Shown here: positions 37,001-45,200 of the stretch, one piece after another
Layout of the letters: each line of letters opens with the position of its first letter
Numbering within the stretch: position 1 is the first letter of the stretch
Origin: Candidatus Hydrogenedentota bacterium
Lineage (GTDB): Bacteria; Hydrogenedentota; Hydrogenedentia; Hydrogenedentales; JAEUWI01
NCBI GenBank assembly: GCA_034669905.1
Contig: JAXMOL010000057.1
Location: 1-47,079 of the forward strand
DNA: 47,079 nt
Direction: 5' to 3'
Made by a program: the position numbers and the translations under genes
The notes under the pieces: generated by a model
Told to the model about the DNA's origin: nothing
Database searches by the model: none
What the model saw: the letters and a program-made list of their open reading frames with translations, nothing else

Positions 37001-37244
37001 GGGATTCCAGGAGCGGCGCATGGATATTACGGTGGCCGCCGGCGAATTGAAATCGGTGACCATCGCCATGCGTGCGGAGACCACCGGTGGCGAAGGTGAG
37101 GGAGAAGGCGAAGGCGAAGGGTGCCCCCTGAATACCAATGCCCAGAAGACCATTGCCGATCACGGCAGTGATATCTTCCTCGGCGGCATGACCCTGCTGG
37201 CCATGCTGGCCACCTCGTTGGTCTACCGCCGCAGGGAGCGTTAA
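31005..37244 (+). CDS. Giant cell-surface protein: right-handed beta-helix, tandem bacterial Ig-like repeats, poly-GE linker, DxDxDG Ca-binding repeats, DUF1565-like beta-helix, carboxypeptidase-regulatory-like domain, C-terminal anchor
   Basis: Signal peptide; repeated GNYIG/NIISGN; DTTAP/DTTDP-delimited repeats; (GE)29G; DADGDG/DSDDDG/DLDLDG; GNGSAAQPFQTIGHA; C-terminal GC...TM-RRRER. Confidence 0.9.
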   Translation: MFSFMTKYGVRCALIILGLLATQRALSITVTTDQLDVVDGTPSADGGDLSSLANFMATPGSNGIGFDELLYIATNSGISLSIDFDPSVTVLSLANELPVITTTVNIDGGGTVTIDCNGDNFGVAALDIFGGTGGTIQGLTIVDSGEEGIRLSSTASGYQILDCTILNSRTEGIKIEGPTSGGHTIRRCFIGTDGVSSNDGNGSHGIYVSASSNNIIGSQTEAERNIICQNNGAGIMINTIGTGDVASNNAIYGNYIGVGSDGVTAIPNIRGIYVNAGSGDPNSIDNTVIGQLEVTARNIISGNNTANVVLEGATLRNTAIYNNYIGTNQDGTVAVPADSARGITISNGVEGTLVGGEVAAKRNIISGNDASGIVISSASNNTIQGNYIGVQPDGETALGNGGSGIEVRSPNAASMDNLIGGSVAGANIIANNGANGVLLQRATSTVVNTTITYNSIYSNFNDGIDFSFGTENNGIAAPSITGLTTGSMPYSVEGNVPMNTTGQTDTIHLYADLNNQGEIFIGEGFVGVGGSAFSIPVNLAPYDSLSITATTTDQDGNTSRFSFISGVTDVGAIPPTLTLDVNGSQSDPTNSLPITFDLTADEPIKVLGGGLVAGSSVVSDSGTAGATFTITNPSGDEKTFVVQATATSGDGTIIPQVLAATVEDLAGNDSTATSSNDTSDGTVTLDTTAPTVTVNSLLTNDTSPTLSGSVDDGDTARTNATTISVNIDGNDYPATNNMNGTWTLADNTITPALTEGQFEVAVTATDTASNVGTDGTSLEVTVDLTPPSASMTPFTTNDSTPDLFGSITENGTILVTVAGQAEGGSISTGSWNVDGTSLTTIADGTYNVQLDVADNAGNTDSITIPNGLTVDTTAPVVTIDAVSSNNRRPTFTGTVTDSTMTSMSITVDAQTFGATVVGSAWSAVPPADLPDGLFNIVANATDAAGNMTMETRSNGAAIDATAPTVTVTSLTTADATPALSGMVDDGTTDKTNAVTISIMVGGATYGATNNMDGTWSLPDNTISPNLLDGDHDVVATATDALGNVGTDGSTNELFVDTTDPVVTVDPLQTTNTTPTVTGTVADSSSTTLTVDVDGNTYTATVTGGTWSATITNALADGEFDVTATATDSLGNEGTDATSNELTIDTTVPTVAVDTLLTADSTPTVTGTVSDASTTTVSVEVSGNTYAATVTAGTWSAAITNALADGTFDVIATATDSVGNEATDVTDNELQVDTTDPVVTVDFLTTSDATPVLTGTITDASTTTVDVTVMGTTITALVDNTTWSATVPSALADGTYDVVALATDALGFTDSDSSTGELTIDTTAPSVTAIARATASPTNLGTVDFSVTFSEAVSGVDALDFDIIVDGESQSSGAGSKLIDGLPLLYTVNGGGDQYTVSVGTGTGDGTIELELLNDGTIVDGVGNLLSAGLLGPDGYTLDRTAPTLTITSTESDPTGAGLIPVTISFSEEIGSFDETQISLTNAVPEIFSGDGTTYIAQLVPLAGGIITVNVFANAVQDLAGNDNQTGAMFAITYQMPGEGEGEGEGEGEGEGEGEGEGEGEGEGEGEGEGEGEGEGEGEGEGEGEGEGEGEGEGEGDVDDCLALCPEEDVDADGDGLTACEEACYGLDDNKTDSDDDGMADVFEVRFGLDPLFNDADDDLDLDGLTNLDEFLENSDPSNPNSPNETFFVDNGGSDITGNGSAAQPFQTIGHAIAQASPRVGFPSRIMVRDGTYVEDITLRKRVIVEGQSRDGVVLMGQVVGATNSIIRRLTLMPSGDERYMMDINDVTMRVVRVSFVGTTARDVTGILVDGEAAAKTVIDLCSFRSLGVGIDIGGAVPVIRRCSFGDIPASFGDPAAPGAGIIIRALETETTSTKSLGDATDPETGWNDFLMSIEGDAVINERDESINMQSNYWGVDNLSEAEARVSGPAVVEPILATSSAVLAASVFCTVWQETDQKRIGDAELTLEVSAFKTVTDNTDGIYAFPAISEGQYSVVVNALGFQERRMDITVAAGELKSVTIAMRAETTGGEGEGEGEGEGCPLNTNAQKTIADHGSDIFLGGMTLLAMLATSLVYRRRER
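35613..35789 (+). repeat. In-frame hexanucleotide repeat GG(T/C)GA(A/G) encoding (GE)29G
   Basis: 177 nt = 59 codons, mostly perfect GGTGAA units. Confidence 0.97.
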
Positions 37245-37272
37245 GTCAAACGACGCAGACCCGCTACATCAC

Positions 37273-37305
37273 GGGACGCAGGCTCAGGCTTGCGTCCCTT
37301 TTTTT
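37273..37305 (+). terminator. Intrinsic terminator after the giant surface protein gene
   Basis: GGGACGCAGGC-TCAG-GCTTGCGTCCC followed by a T7 tract. Confidence 0.9.
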
Positions 37306-37332
37306 GTATACCCGGGGCCCCCGCAGGACCTC

Positions 37333-37548
37333 GTGCCACGTCACAGACGCGCCGGAGGGCGATGCCGAATACAACGAGGTTTCGTGTGCGTGGAGGAATA
37401 AGAGCTCCCCGGCTACAAGACTCCATGAACGGGGATGTCCATTCTTTCCGCTGATAGAAGGACGCCCGAGTTAGATCATCCACCATGGCCCCACTCCAAC
37501 ATCGCTCCATGCCCACGAAACCTCGCGTAGCTCGGCATTGCGTGGCAC
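37333..37548 (+). other. 216-nt long inverted-repeat element (candidate ncRNA or MITE-like)
   Basis: Nested arms GTGCCACG/CGTGGCAC, GCGATGCCGA/TCGGCATTGC, perfect 12-bp CGAGGTTTCGTG/CACGAAACCTCG and GCGTGGAG/CTCCATGC; two inner hairpins. Confidence 0.55.
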
Positions 37549-37737
37549 AGAATCAACACGTCAAATGTATCCTCTCACATAACGAAGTCTGAAAATCCCC
37601 GCTGCACGCGATTCGCCGATTACACATCTACTTCGAAAGTTTGTTTGGACCGAGCCACTTGGTTTCCCGCCCGAGTGACGCGTAGACTGACTCCACTACG
37701 AATGCGAACCGCACCTCAGACGCTGACTGGAGTCCCC

Positions 37738-40125
37738 ATGAAACCCGTTGCCCTTCGAAGCCATCTCCACTTTTGCAATCGCCTCCCCCACGCCCCCATG
37801 CTGCTCGCCGTGGCCCTCTTCTTGCCGTGTCTGCACGGGGTAGCCGATGATCGGGATTACAGCACCGAAGCCTTCGCACAGGAAATCGTACAGACCCTGC
37901 CGAAAGAAGCGCCCTACGCCTACCACCAACAACTCTCCACCGGCCCCATTCATCGGCCCCGTCGAAGCCCGGACGCGACGCCTCAACCCGGTGAAATCGC
38001 CATCGCCGCGACCGGTTGGACGCTCCATTGGAATCCCGTTCACGCGACCATGCTCAAGAACACAGTGGCCGATTTTCAGGATTACCTGAAGGTGTCGATG
38101 GATGTTGCGATATCGCCCGTGGAGCAGTCTGATTTCGCCAACCTTCCCGAGGGAAGCCCGTGCATCGTTGTGGGAACGCGGGAAGAACTCCCCGAGTATG
38201 GTTCCGAACTCACGGGCCCGAAAGACTACGCAATTTCGGTTGCACCGAACCGTATCACGGTGTGCGGCTTTGACGAGCGGGGCGCCATGTATGGCCTCTA
38301 CAATCTGGAAGCCCGGATGAACCTTCGGGAAGCGCCTTTCCTGCCGGAAGACCTCCAGACTACCCGACACAGCCTCTATGATTCCCGGATGGTGCAGTCG
38401 TGGATGGGTTGGATGGAGTTTCCCGATGCCCTTCTGGCCCACCTGGCCCACGATGGCTTTGACGCGGTCTTTGCCTCGGTCTACACCAATCCCAACGGCG
38501 ACCGGACGACCGCCGATAACTCCACCGACTTCTATGCCCGTCTCATGGCCCGCATCCGTCACCAGGATCCCGCCCGGGTGCGGAGTCTCATCGACCGGGC
38601 GAAAGGCTATGGCATCAAGGTCTACACGCCCATCATCTATCAATATGTGGGCACCCCGGAAAGCGAAGCAGAGCTCCGGCGCCTGGTCCGGGAGCTGCTC
38701 CAGGAATTCCCCGACATCACCGGCTACGTCTTGCTGACCGAAGGGTTCTGGTATAAGAAGTGGGGCGGTGGCCATGGTGCCAGCAAGGAATACATCGAAG
38801 ATTGGGCGCGCAATTGGTGTTACGCCGTGGGCGTTGTGGCGGAGGAATGCCACAAGGTCAATCCTGATATTGAGATTCTCCCCTGGGAATACAATATTGA
38901 TTTTCGCCCCCAGAACGTGGAGACGAAGAAGTACTTCATCCAGCAATTGCCCCAGGACACGACCCCTCTGTTGACCTGGGAGAATGGCAAGAGTTTCGAG
39001 ATCGACGGACTCCACGGCCACCTCAAAGACTACGCCATCAACCAGGTGGGCCCTGCTGAGGTGACGGACGCCCAAATTGCCGAAGCCCACGATCGGGGCA
39101 TGCGGGTCTTCTCCAACGCCCAGACCTTTTCTTGTGGGGCCCAGCTACAGACCGTGCCCTATCACCCCTTTCCCCAGCAGTGGCATGCACGCTATGAAGC
39201 CATGGAGCACTATGGTATCGACGGCACGCTCGAAAGTTGGTCGTCGGGTTATACCCCCAATTTCATGACGGAGTTCCGGGCCTGGTATTGCTGGAGCGAT
39301 GCGCCCGCCCGAGACGCGCTCTTGAAGCAGATTGCCGCCCGAGACTTCGGGGCCGCGCATGCGGACCAGGTGGTAGAGGCCTGGGACCTCTTCAGCCAGG
39401 GTGTGCGCCTCGTGCCCGACACGGGCCCCTATATGGGCACGACCAATGCCATCGGGAACCCCATCTTCTTTGAGCAGCCCCCGGCGCGTACCGCCACCTT
39501 CCGCTACTCCTGGATGGATCAAAACCAGTGGATGGGCTACCTGGGAGCCGAGGTCAACCCCTACTGGCCCTTCACCGTCACCCGCCTCGTGTTCCTCCCT
39601 GATTTCTCAAACAATTCCAACCGGGCCGAGAGCTATGCCCGTGGCGTATCCGGCATCTCCCCACCAGCTGGCACCCCCATCCTGCCCACCTTCCTGAAGT
39701 ACCTTCGCCTGACGACGGAGACGTGGGAAAAAGGCCTGAATCTCTATCGGGAAGCCGCGCTCAACAGCCCCCCGGAAAAGCGGGCCGGGGCCCTGAAGGA
39801 AGTGATCATCGCGGAGCAACTCCACCGCATGCTCATGAGCAATCAGGCCATTCTCACCTTTGAATCCCTCCGCCTCCAACTGATGGCCGAGACAGATTTG
39901 GAACAGGCGAACACCTTGCTGGATGACATGACGGCAATCATTCGGAGTGAGATAGCCCGCACCGAGCGTGCCCTCCTGGCCATGAACCACGACTCCCGCA
40001 TCGGCTTTCAGTATGAAGTCGATTACGTGTACACGCCCTATTCCATGCAGGAGAAATTACGCGTCCTGCACGACACCCTCGACCGCCAACTACCAACATA
40101 CCGCGCGCAACGCAACGGGGAATAG
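37738..40125 (+). CDS. Secreted hypothetical protein, glycoside-hydrolase-like; distant paralogue of 13127-15979
   Basis: GGAG RBS before ATG 37738; hydrophobic signal-like segment; DYAISVAPNRITVCGFDERGAMYGLYNLE; several motifs shared with the 13127 protein. Confidence 0.72.
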   Translation: MKPVALRSHLHFCNRLPHAPMLLAVALFLPCLHGVADDRDYSTEAFAQEIVQTLPKEAPYAYHQQLSTGPIHRPRRSPDATPQPGEIAIAATGWTLHWNPVHATMLKNTVADFQDYLKVSMDVAISPVEQSDFANLPEGSPCIVVGTREELPEYGSELTGPKDYAISVAPNRITVCGFDERGAMYGLYNLEARMNLREAPFLPEDLQTTRHSLYDSRMVQSWMGWMEFPDALLAHLAHDGFDAVFASVYTNPNGDRTTADNSTDFYARLMARIRHQDPARVRSLIDRAKGYGIKVYTPIIYQYVGTPESEAELRRLVRELLQEFPDITGYVLLTEGFWYKKWGGGHGASKEYIEDWARNWCYAVGVVAEECHKVNPDIEILPWEYNIDFRPQNVETKKYFIQQLPQDTTPLLTWENGKSFEIDGLHGHLKDYAINQVGPAEVTDAQIAEAHDRGMRVFSNAQTFSCGAQLQTVPYHPFPQQWHARYEAMEHYGIDGTLESWSSGYTPNFMTEFRAWYCWSDAPARDALLKQIAARDFGAAHADQVVEAWDLFSQGVRLVPDTGPYMGTTNAIGNPIFFEQPPARTATFRYSWMDQNQWMGYLGAEVNPYWPFTVTRLVFLPDFSNNSNRAESYARGVSGISPPAGTPILPTFLKYLRLTTETWEKGLNLYREAALNSPPEKRAGALKEVIIAEQLHRMLMSNQAILTFESLRLQLMAETDLEQANTLLDDMTAIIRSEIARTERALLAMNHDSRIGFQYEVDYVYTPYSMQEKLRVLHDTLDRQLPTYRAQRNGE

Positions 40126-40127
40126 AA

Positions 40128-40545
40128 ATGGGGTTTTCGTGATTGGACCCTTGAGTTGAAACGCTCTCAAGAAAGTCGGGGAGCCACACCGATGGGTGTC
40201 AGTGACCACCCGCAGAGCCGGTGGATTGAGGAAGGCCCCCAAAAGGCGCCCAATCATTAAACCCATGTACGAAGCAAAAGCAGTTAGTCCCTGCGGGACT
40301 AAAGAAGAACGTGGCCCACAACGCACCGTGTATCAATGCCAACAACTGACGCAGGGACGGCAAAGCCTTATGAATCCTCACCGGTAGCGCCGGTGGTTTA
40401 ATTCAGGATAGTTAGTTATCGGCGGGCTACACATGGGGCTGGACTGCTGGTCCTGTAAGAATTGTTATCGAACGGGAGGTGCATACCTTACCAGCCTGAG
40501 GCAACGCCCCAGGACACCTACCGGAACCATTTACAATCAGGGCTG
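40128..40545. repeat. Intergenic cluster of palindromes, degenerate REP-like elements and a multi-branched hairpin between convergent genes
   Basis: IR 40128-40146 / 40250-40266; hairpins TTAGTCCC-T/GC-GGGACTAA, CACCGG-TAGCG-CCGGTG, CCTGAGGC-AAC-GCCCCAGG and GGGCT-GAA-AGCCC. Confidence 0.5.
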
Positions 40546-40634
40546 AAAGCCCGAACCATTCTTAACAGGCAGCTAACTACTCGTTCCCCCATCACTCTCC
40601 AACGTGCAGCAACGATGCTTCGAGTGCATTGCTT

Positions 40635-41735
40635 TCACTGCCCCAGCTCCCGACGTTGCTGGGCAATTTCCCGACGGTATCGGGCCACCGCACGTTCATG
40701 TTCCGCCAGGCTGCTGCTGAAGGTGTGGGTGTTACCATCGGCGTTGGACACGAAATAGAGATAGTCTACCTTCGCAGGGGCCAGCGCCGCCCGGATACTC
40801 GCGGCACCGGGGCTGGAGATGGGGCCCGGAGGCAGGCCCGCATACTTGTACGTGTTGTAGGGCGAGTCCACTTCTTTGTCGGCATGCAGCATGCGCTGCC
40901 CGTACTTCTCGAGCACAAACTGTAGGGTCGAGTCCATCTGGAGGGGCATCCCTTTTTCCAGGCGGTTATACATGACCGCGGCAATCAGGGGGCGTTCTTC
41001 TTCCACCCGGGCCTCTTCCTCCACCAGGGAGGCGATGGTCATGATGGCGTGCTTGTCATAGGCATCACTGCCCGGAATCTCTTCAACTAAGTCCGCATAG
41101 ACCGACTCGAAATGTTCCACCTGCCGGGCCACCAGCTCGTCGGGGTCGGGCTCTTCGTCGAAGAAATAGGTGTCGGGCATGAGATAGCCTTCCAGCGTCT
41201 CTGTTTCCAGCCCGAGCCGCGCAATCAAATCGGGATTGGCCGCGGCCGTGCGAAAGGCATCCCCATCGGGACGCAGTTCAGCGATCTGGGCAATGGCCAG
41301 CCCTTCCGGAATCGTGATTTTTACCCGGTCCACCTCCAGGGGGCGGAGGGAACCGGCCTGTAGCTGATGGAGGAGTCCCGTGGCGGAGAGGCCTTCGTTC
41401 AGCTCATAGTGTCCGTGTTGGATGACGGCGTCGGAAGCGTCGAGCTGGAGGGCCAGTCGAAAGAAGCCTTCGTGTTCCAGCAGTCCGGCCTCGACCAGCA
41501 GCCTGCCGACATCCCGACCGGTGGCCCCTTTGGGCACAGAAAAGGGCACGGCCGCCCCGCCATCGGCGGTGTGGGTCACATGATCATAGAGCACGTAGCC
41601 CAGCCCGACCGCTCCGGCCACGAGCAAGATACTGGCCGCCAGGGTATACATGAAGAGCGAGACCATCCACCGCCAGAATCGAAAACGACGCCGTTCTTCT
41701 TTCTTAGCTTCGTGAATTTGTGCTTCACCCGACAT
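40635..41735 (-). CDS. mltG: Endolytic transglycosylase MltG (YceG)
   Basis: N-terminal TM; ITIPEG, LEGYLMPDTY, IASLVEEE, MPLQMDST, DSPYNTYKYAGLPPGPI and YLYFV motifs. Confidence 0.96.
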   Translation of the reverse strand: MSGEAQIHEAKKEERRRFRFWRWMVSLFMYTLAASILLVAGAVGLGYVLYDHVTHTADGGAAVPFSVPKGATGRDVGRLLVEAGLLEHEGFFRLALQLDASDAVIQHGHYELNEGLSATGLLHQLQAGSLRPLEVDRVKITIPEGLAIAQIAELRPDGDAFRTAAANPDLIARLGLETETLEGYLMPDTYFFDEEPDPDELVARQVEHFESVYADLVEEIPGSDAYDKHAIMTIASLVEEEARVEEERPLIAAVMYNRLEKGMPLQMDSTLQFVLEKYGQRMLHADKEVDSPYNTYKYAGLPPGPISSPGAASIRAALAPAKVDYLYFVSNADGNTHTFSSSLAEHERAVARYRREIAQQRRELGQ

Positions 41736-41780
41736 GATCATACTCGTGGTTCAGATTTAAGGTTTAATGCGCCTTTGGGC

Positions 41781-42203
41781 CTACTCGGAGCGCTGCAGGT
41801 AGCTCTGAAGAATTTGCGCTGCTGCAATCTTATCAATCACCCCTTTACGTTTTCGACCTTTTCCGCCCGTGGCCCGAAACACCTCATCGGCCGCCAAGGT
41901 CGTATAACGCTCGTCCTCAAAGACAATGGGCACGTCAATGCGCGCTTCCAGTAAGCCTACAAAGGTCTGCACACGCTTCGCCTGGGGGCCCACATCGCCA
42001 TTTTCCAGTAACGGCAGCCCCGCCACCACCAACACGGGCTTCACCTCCTCGATGATGCGGCACAGGGCCACCAGGGCCTTCTCCCGAGAGGGCTCTTTCA
42101 CCACGGCATGGGGACTGACAATGGTCTGAGACAGATCGGTCACCGCCACCCCCGTCCGCACATCACCCACATCCAGGGCCAGTATCCGGCCTAATTCTTC
42201 CAT
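41781..42203 (-). CDS. ruvX: RuvX/YqgF pre-16S rRNA nuclease (Holliday junction resolvase-like)
   Basis: RILALDVGDVRTGVA, VAGLP, EDERYTT and IDKIAAAQILQSYL; lies upstream of mltG. Confidence 0.95.
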   Translation of the reverse strand: MEELGRILALDVGDVRTGVAVTDLSQTIVSPHAVVKEPSREKALVALCRIIEEVKPVLVVAGLPLLENGDVGPQAKRVQTFVGLLEARIDVPIVFEDERYTTLAADEVFRATGGKGRKRKGVIDKIAAAQILQSYLQRSE

Positions 42204-42231
42204 TTTCTTTGCCTGTCTCTCATGGTCTATA

Positions 42232-42264
42232 GGAAAGGCGCCAGCCCCACGACGAGGCTGGCGC
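42232..42264 (-). terminator. Probable terminator after the CFI-box surface protein gene
   Basis: GCGCCAGCC / GGCTGGCGC stem; on the minus strand it is followed by CTTTCC. Confidence 0.5.
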
Positions 42265-42290
42265 CCGGATTCTAACAATTTTTCTGGACG

Positions 42291-45200
42291 TTAACGGGCG
42301 AAACGCCGTCGCACCCGATGCAGGCCTGCGGCGAAGAGGAGCAGCAAGGCCGCGGTGAGCAGGGGAGATTGCATCCACAGTCCCGTCAACACCAACACCG
42401 GGATGAGCAAGACGCGCACCGCCAAGGAGGCCACGGGATGGCGGGCAATCCAATCGGCCAGCGGCGGGCTTACGTGATAGTAGCTATCTACCACCAGGGT
42501 GCCCAAGCTGTTGCTGAGCAGCCATTCATCGCGGAAGCGGCGCAGCACATCGATTTCCGGTGCCATGGGAGTACCGGAGGCGGCCGTGGCGATAAAGCAC
42601 GGCCCAATAGTGCCGCTCTCCCCATTCTGAATCAGGAAGATGGCCAACAGCGAGAAGAATCCTGTCAGGTCCTCCGATTCGGGGATGACGTAGACCGTCA
42701 CCGGCACATTTACAATGCGGGTCCCCGTGCTGTCCGCCACGAAGATCGTCGCCTGCCCCTCCGCCTCTGCGGTCACAACACCGCTCGGGTCCACCGTCAC
42801 GATATTGGGATTATTGGAGACAAACTGAAAGGCCACCTCGTCGGGGTCTTCACTGGTTACGGTGAGTTGGGCAGTCCCGTCCACCGCTAAAATCAGGCGC
42901 CTCGGGGTTACGGTCAACGCCGCCGCTGCGGTAGTAAATTGCCCGGTCGCGCTCGTGGCGTTCTGATTCTGGTCTACGGCCCGCACCGTATAACCATAGG
43001 TCGTTCCGGGGACGAGATTGGTCAACAGGAGGGTCTGTCCGGTACCCAGGGTCGACGTCGCCTGCACCGACCCGAGGGTCGCCTGCGTAGCGGTAAGGGT
43101 CACATCGGCACCGGCAATCTCGTTGGCGCTCCATTGCAACACGGCGGTGTTGCTGGTGACCGACGTTATAACCGGGCCACTGTTGAAGACGGGATCCGTG
43201 CTGTCGATACCCACCGTGGTCGTCGCCATGAGGGGTGCCGCCGACACGGGACCATTGCCTGAGGCATCGGCCGAGTTTACCACCAGTTCATATTCGGAAT
43301 CGGACACCAGGCCACGAATCGTAACGATATGCTCGGTGCGCAGCGTATTATCCTGGTATTCCTGACGACCCACGGCCGATACAAGTCCATAACGGACATA
43401 ACTGTCGGCCAACTCGTCGGTGGTCCAGACCACTGTAAAGCCTTCGTCGGTTGCCCCCACCACGATCGGACCTTCAATGATGCGTGGGGCGGTGACATCG
43501 GGCGCCGCCGCCGTGGTGAAGGTCAGGGCCAGCCCCCCCGTTGCACCCGGGGTCGCCGTGGTACTGGCCGTCGTCATCGCACCGGCCATATCCCGGGAGG
43601 TGGCATTGAAGCGATAGGTCGTCCCAGCTTCCAGTCCCGTCAGCACTACCCGGTGAGCGAGCCCCTGGGTACTGTCCGCAATGGTCCGTGCCGGAATGTT
43701 GTCCGCACTGAAACGGACCGAAGCATCGGCGGCATGGTCGGTTTCCCAGGCGATCACCGCGCGGGTATCCGTGACCCCCACAACTTCGGGTGCCGCCAGA
43801 AAGCGCGGGGCTTCGTCGCGGGCTGTTGCCCGGGTCGTGGTCGTCGCCACCGTACCACGGGCCGTGCCATTGTCACGCCAGTCCACAGACCGCACTTCGA
43901 TGGTGTAGGCCGTCTCAGGGCTGAGGCCCACAAGCGTAACGTGGTGATCACGGCGAAGGCCCGGCAGCGTTTGCTCGAGAGAAAGGCTGTCGTCTTCACT
44001 GAATACCACCGTAGTCGTGGCCGGCTCATCGGTGGCCCAACGCAATCCAATCTGGGTATCAGATATACGGGTAATCAACACGCCGTCCACAATTCGGGCG
44101 GGGGAACGGTCGGGTTCGGCCATGGTGCCCACGGAAAGCATGACGGTGTTCAGATTCCCGGACGTATCACGGGCCGTCACCAACAGGTCATAGTCGGTGT
44201 CCGGTGTCAGCCCTTCGAGGGTAATCGCATGGGAACGGGCCGCCTGTTCTGTGGTGCTGGTGGTATTGCCGTTCTCATCGCTGACCACCAATTCACCGGT
44301 CGTAAACTCGTCGGTGCGCCACACGAGGTGGAGCGCCGTATCAGAAACGCCGGTCACCACGGGCAGGGCGCTGAACTGGGGCGCCGTCGTGTCGGCTACA
44401 GCGGCCGTCGTGAAAGAGACCACAGGACTGCTGCCGGTCAGACTCTCGTCGTCGGCGGACACCGAGTCTACCCGCACATAGTAGGTCGTGTTTTGCGCCA
44501 GTCCCGTCAGGGTAACCTGATGCGCACCGGTCGGCGTCGCCGACGGTGCCGTCATGTTCAGGGTGCCCATCTCGGTTCCAAAGCGCACGGTGGCCGTGGA
44601 GGACACCTGGGTCTTCCACGTTACCAGGGCCGACGTCGGGGTGATGCCACCAATGGTGACACCTTCAACAACAACGGGGGCCATTGGTACCGGGTCATCC
44701 CGCGTCGCTTCGGCATCCAATTCTTCTTCGGAAAGTTCACCGTCGTCGTTGCTATCCAATTCCTGGAATTGACTCAGGGTGAGGCCCGGCAGAACCGTTG
44801 CGGCCTCTTCCCGGCTCAGGCCACCACTTTCATCGGCGTCGGCTCCGGCAAAACCAGCGACCAGCGTTTCGGCCGCCGTTTCGAGTGCCTCATCCCCCAC
44901 GGCCGCCCCAGCGGAGACCTCCGCGCGGGATAACAGGCCATCGCCATCACCGTCGAGCTCCTGGAAATCCCGGAGGGTCAGCGTGGAAATACCACGCACG
45001 GCCTCTTCACGACTTACGAAACCATCCCGATTCAGGTCGGCCTCATAGAAGAATTCTTCGATCAGTTCCGCGGCCGACTCCAGATCCGCGTCCCCCGTCG
45101 TGGCGATGGTGGTCAATTCGCTCTCCGACAAGTGACCGTCCCGATTCAGATCGTGATCCTGGAAGTCTTCAAAACTCAACTCGGCGACTATCGCCACCGC

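Noticed and set aside
40158..40201. Glycine-riboswitch-like fragments (CTCTCAAG, CACCGATGG)
   Set aside because: The match is incomplete and there is no downstream gene on that strand to regulate.
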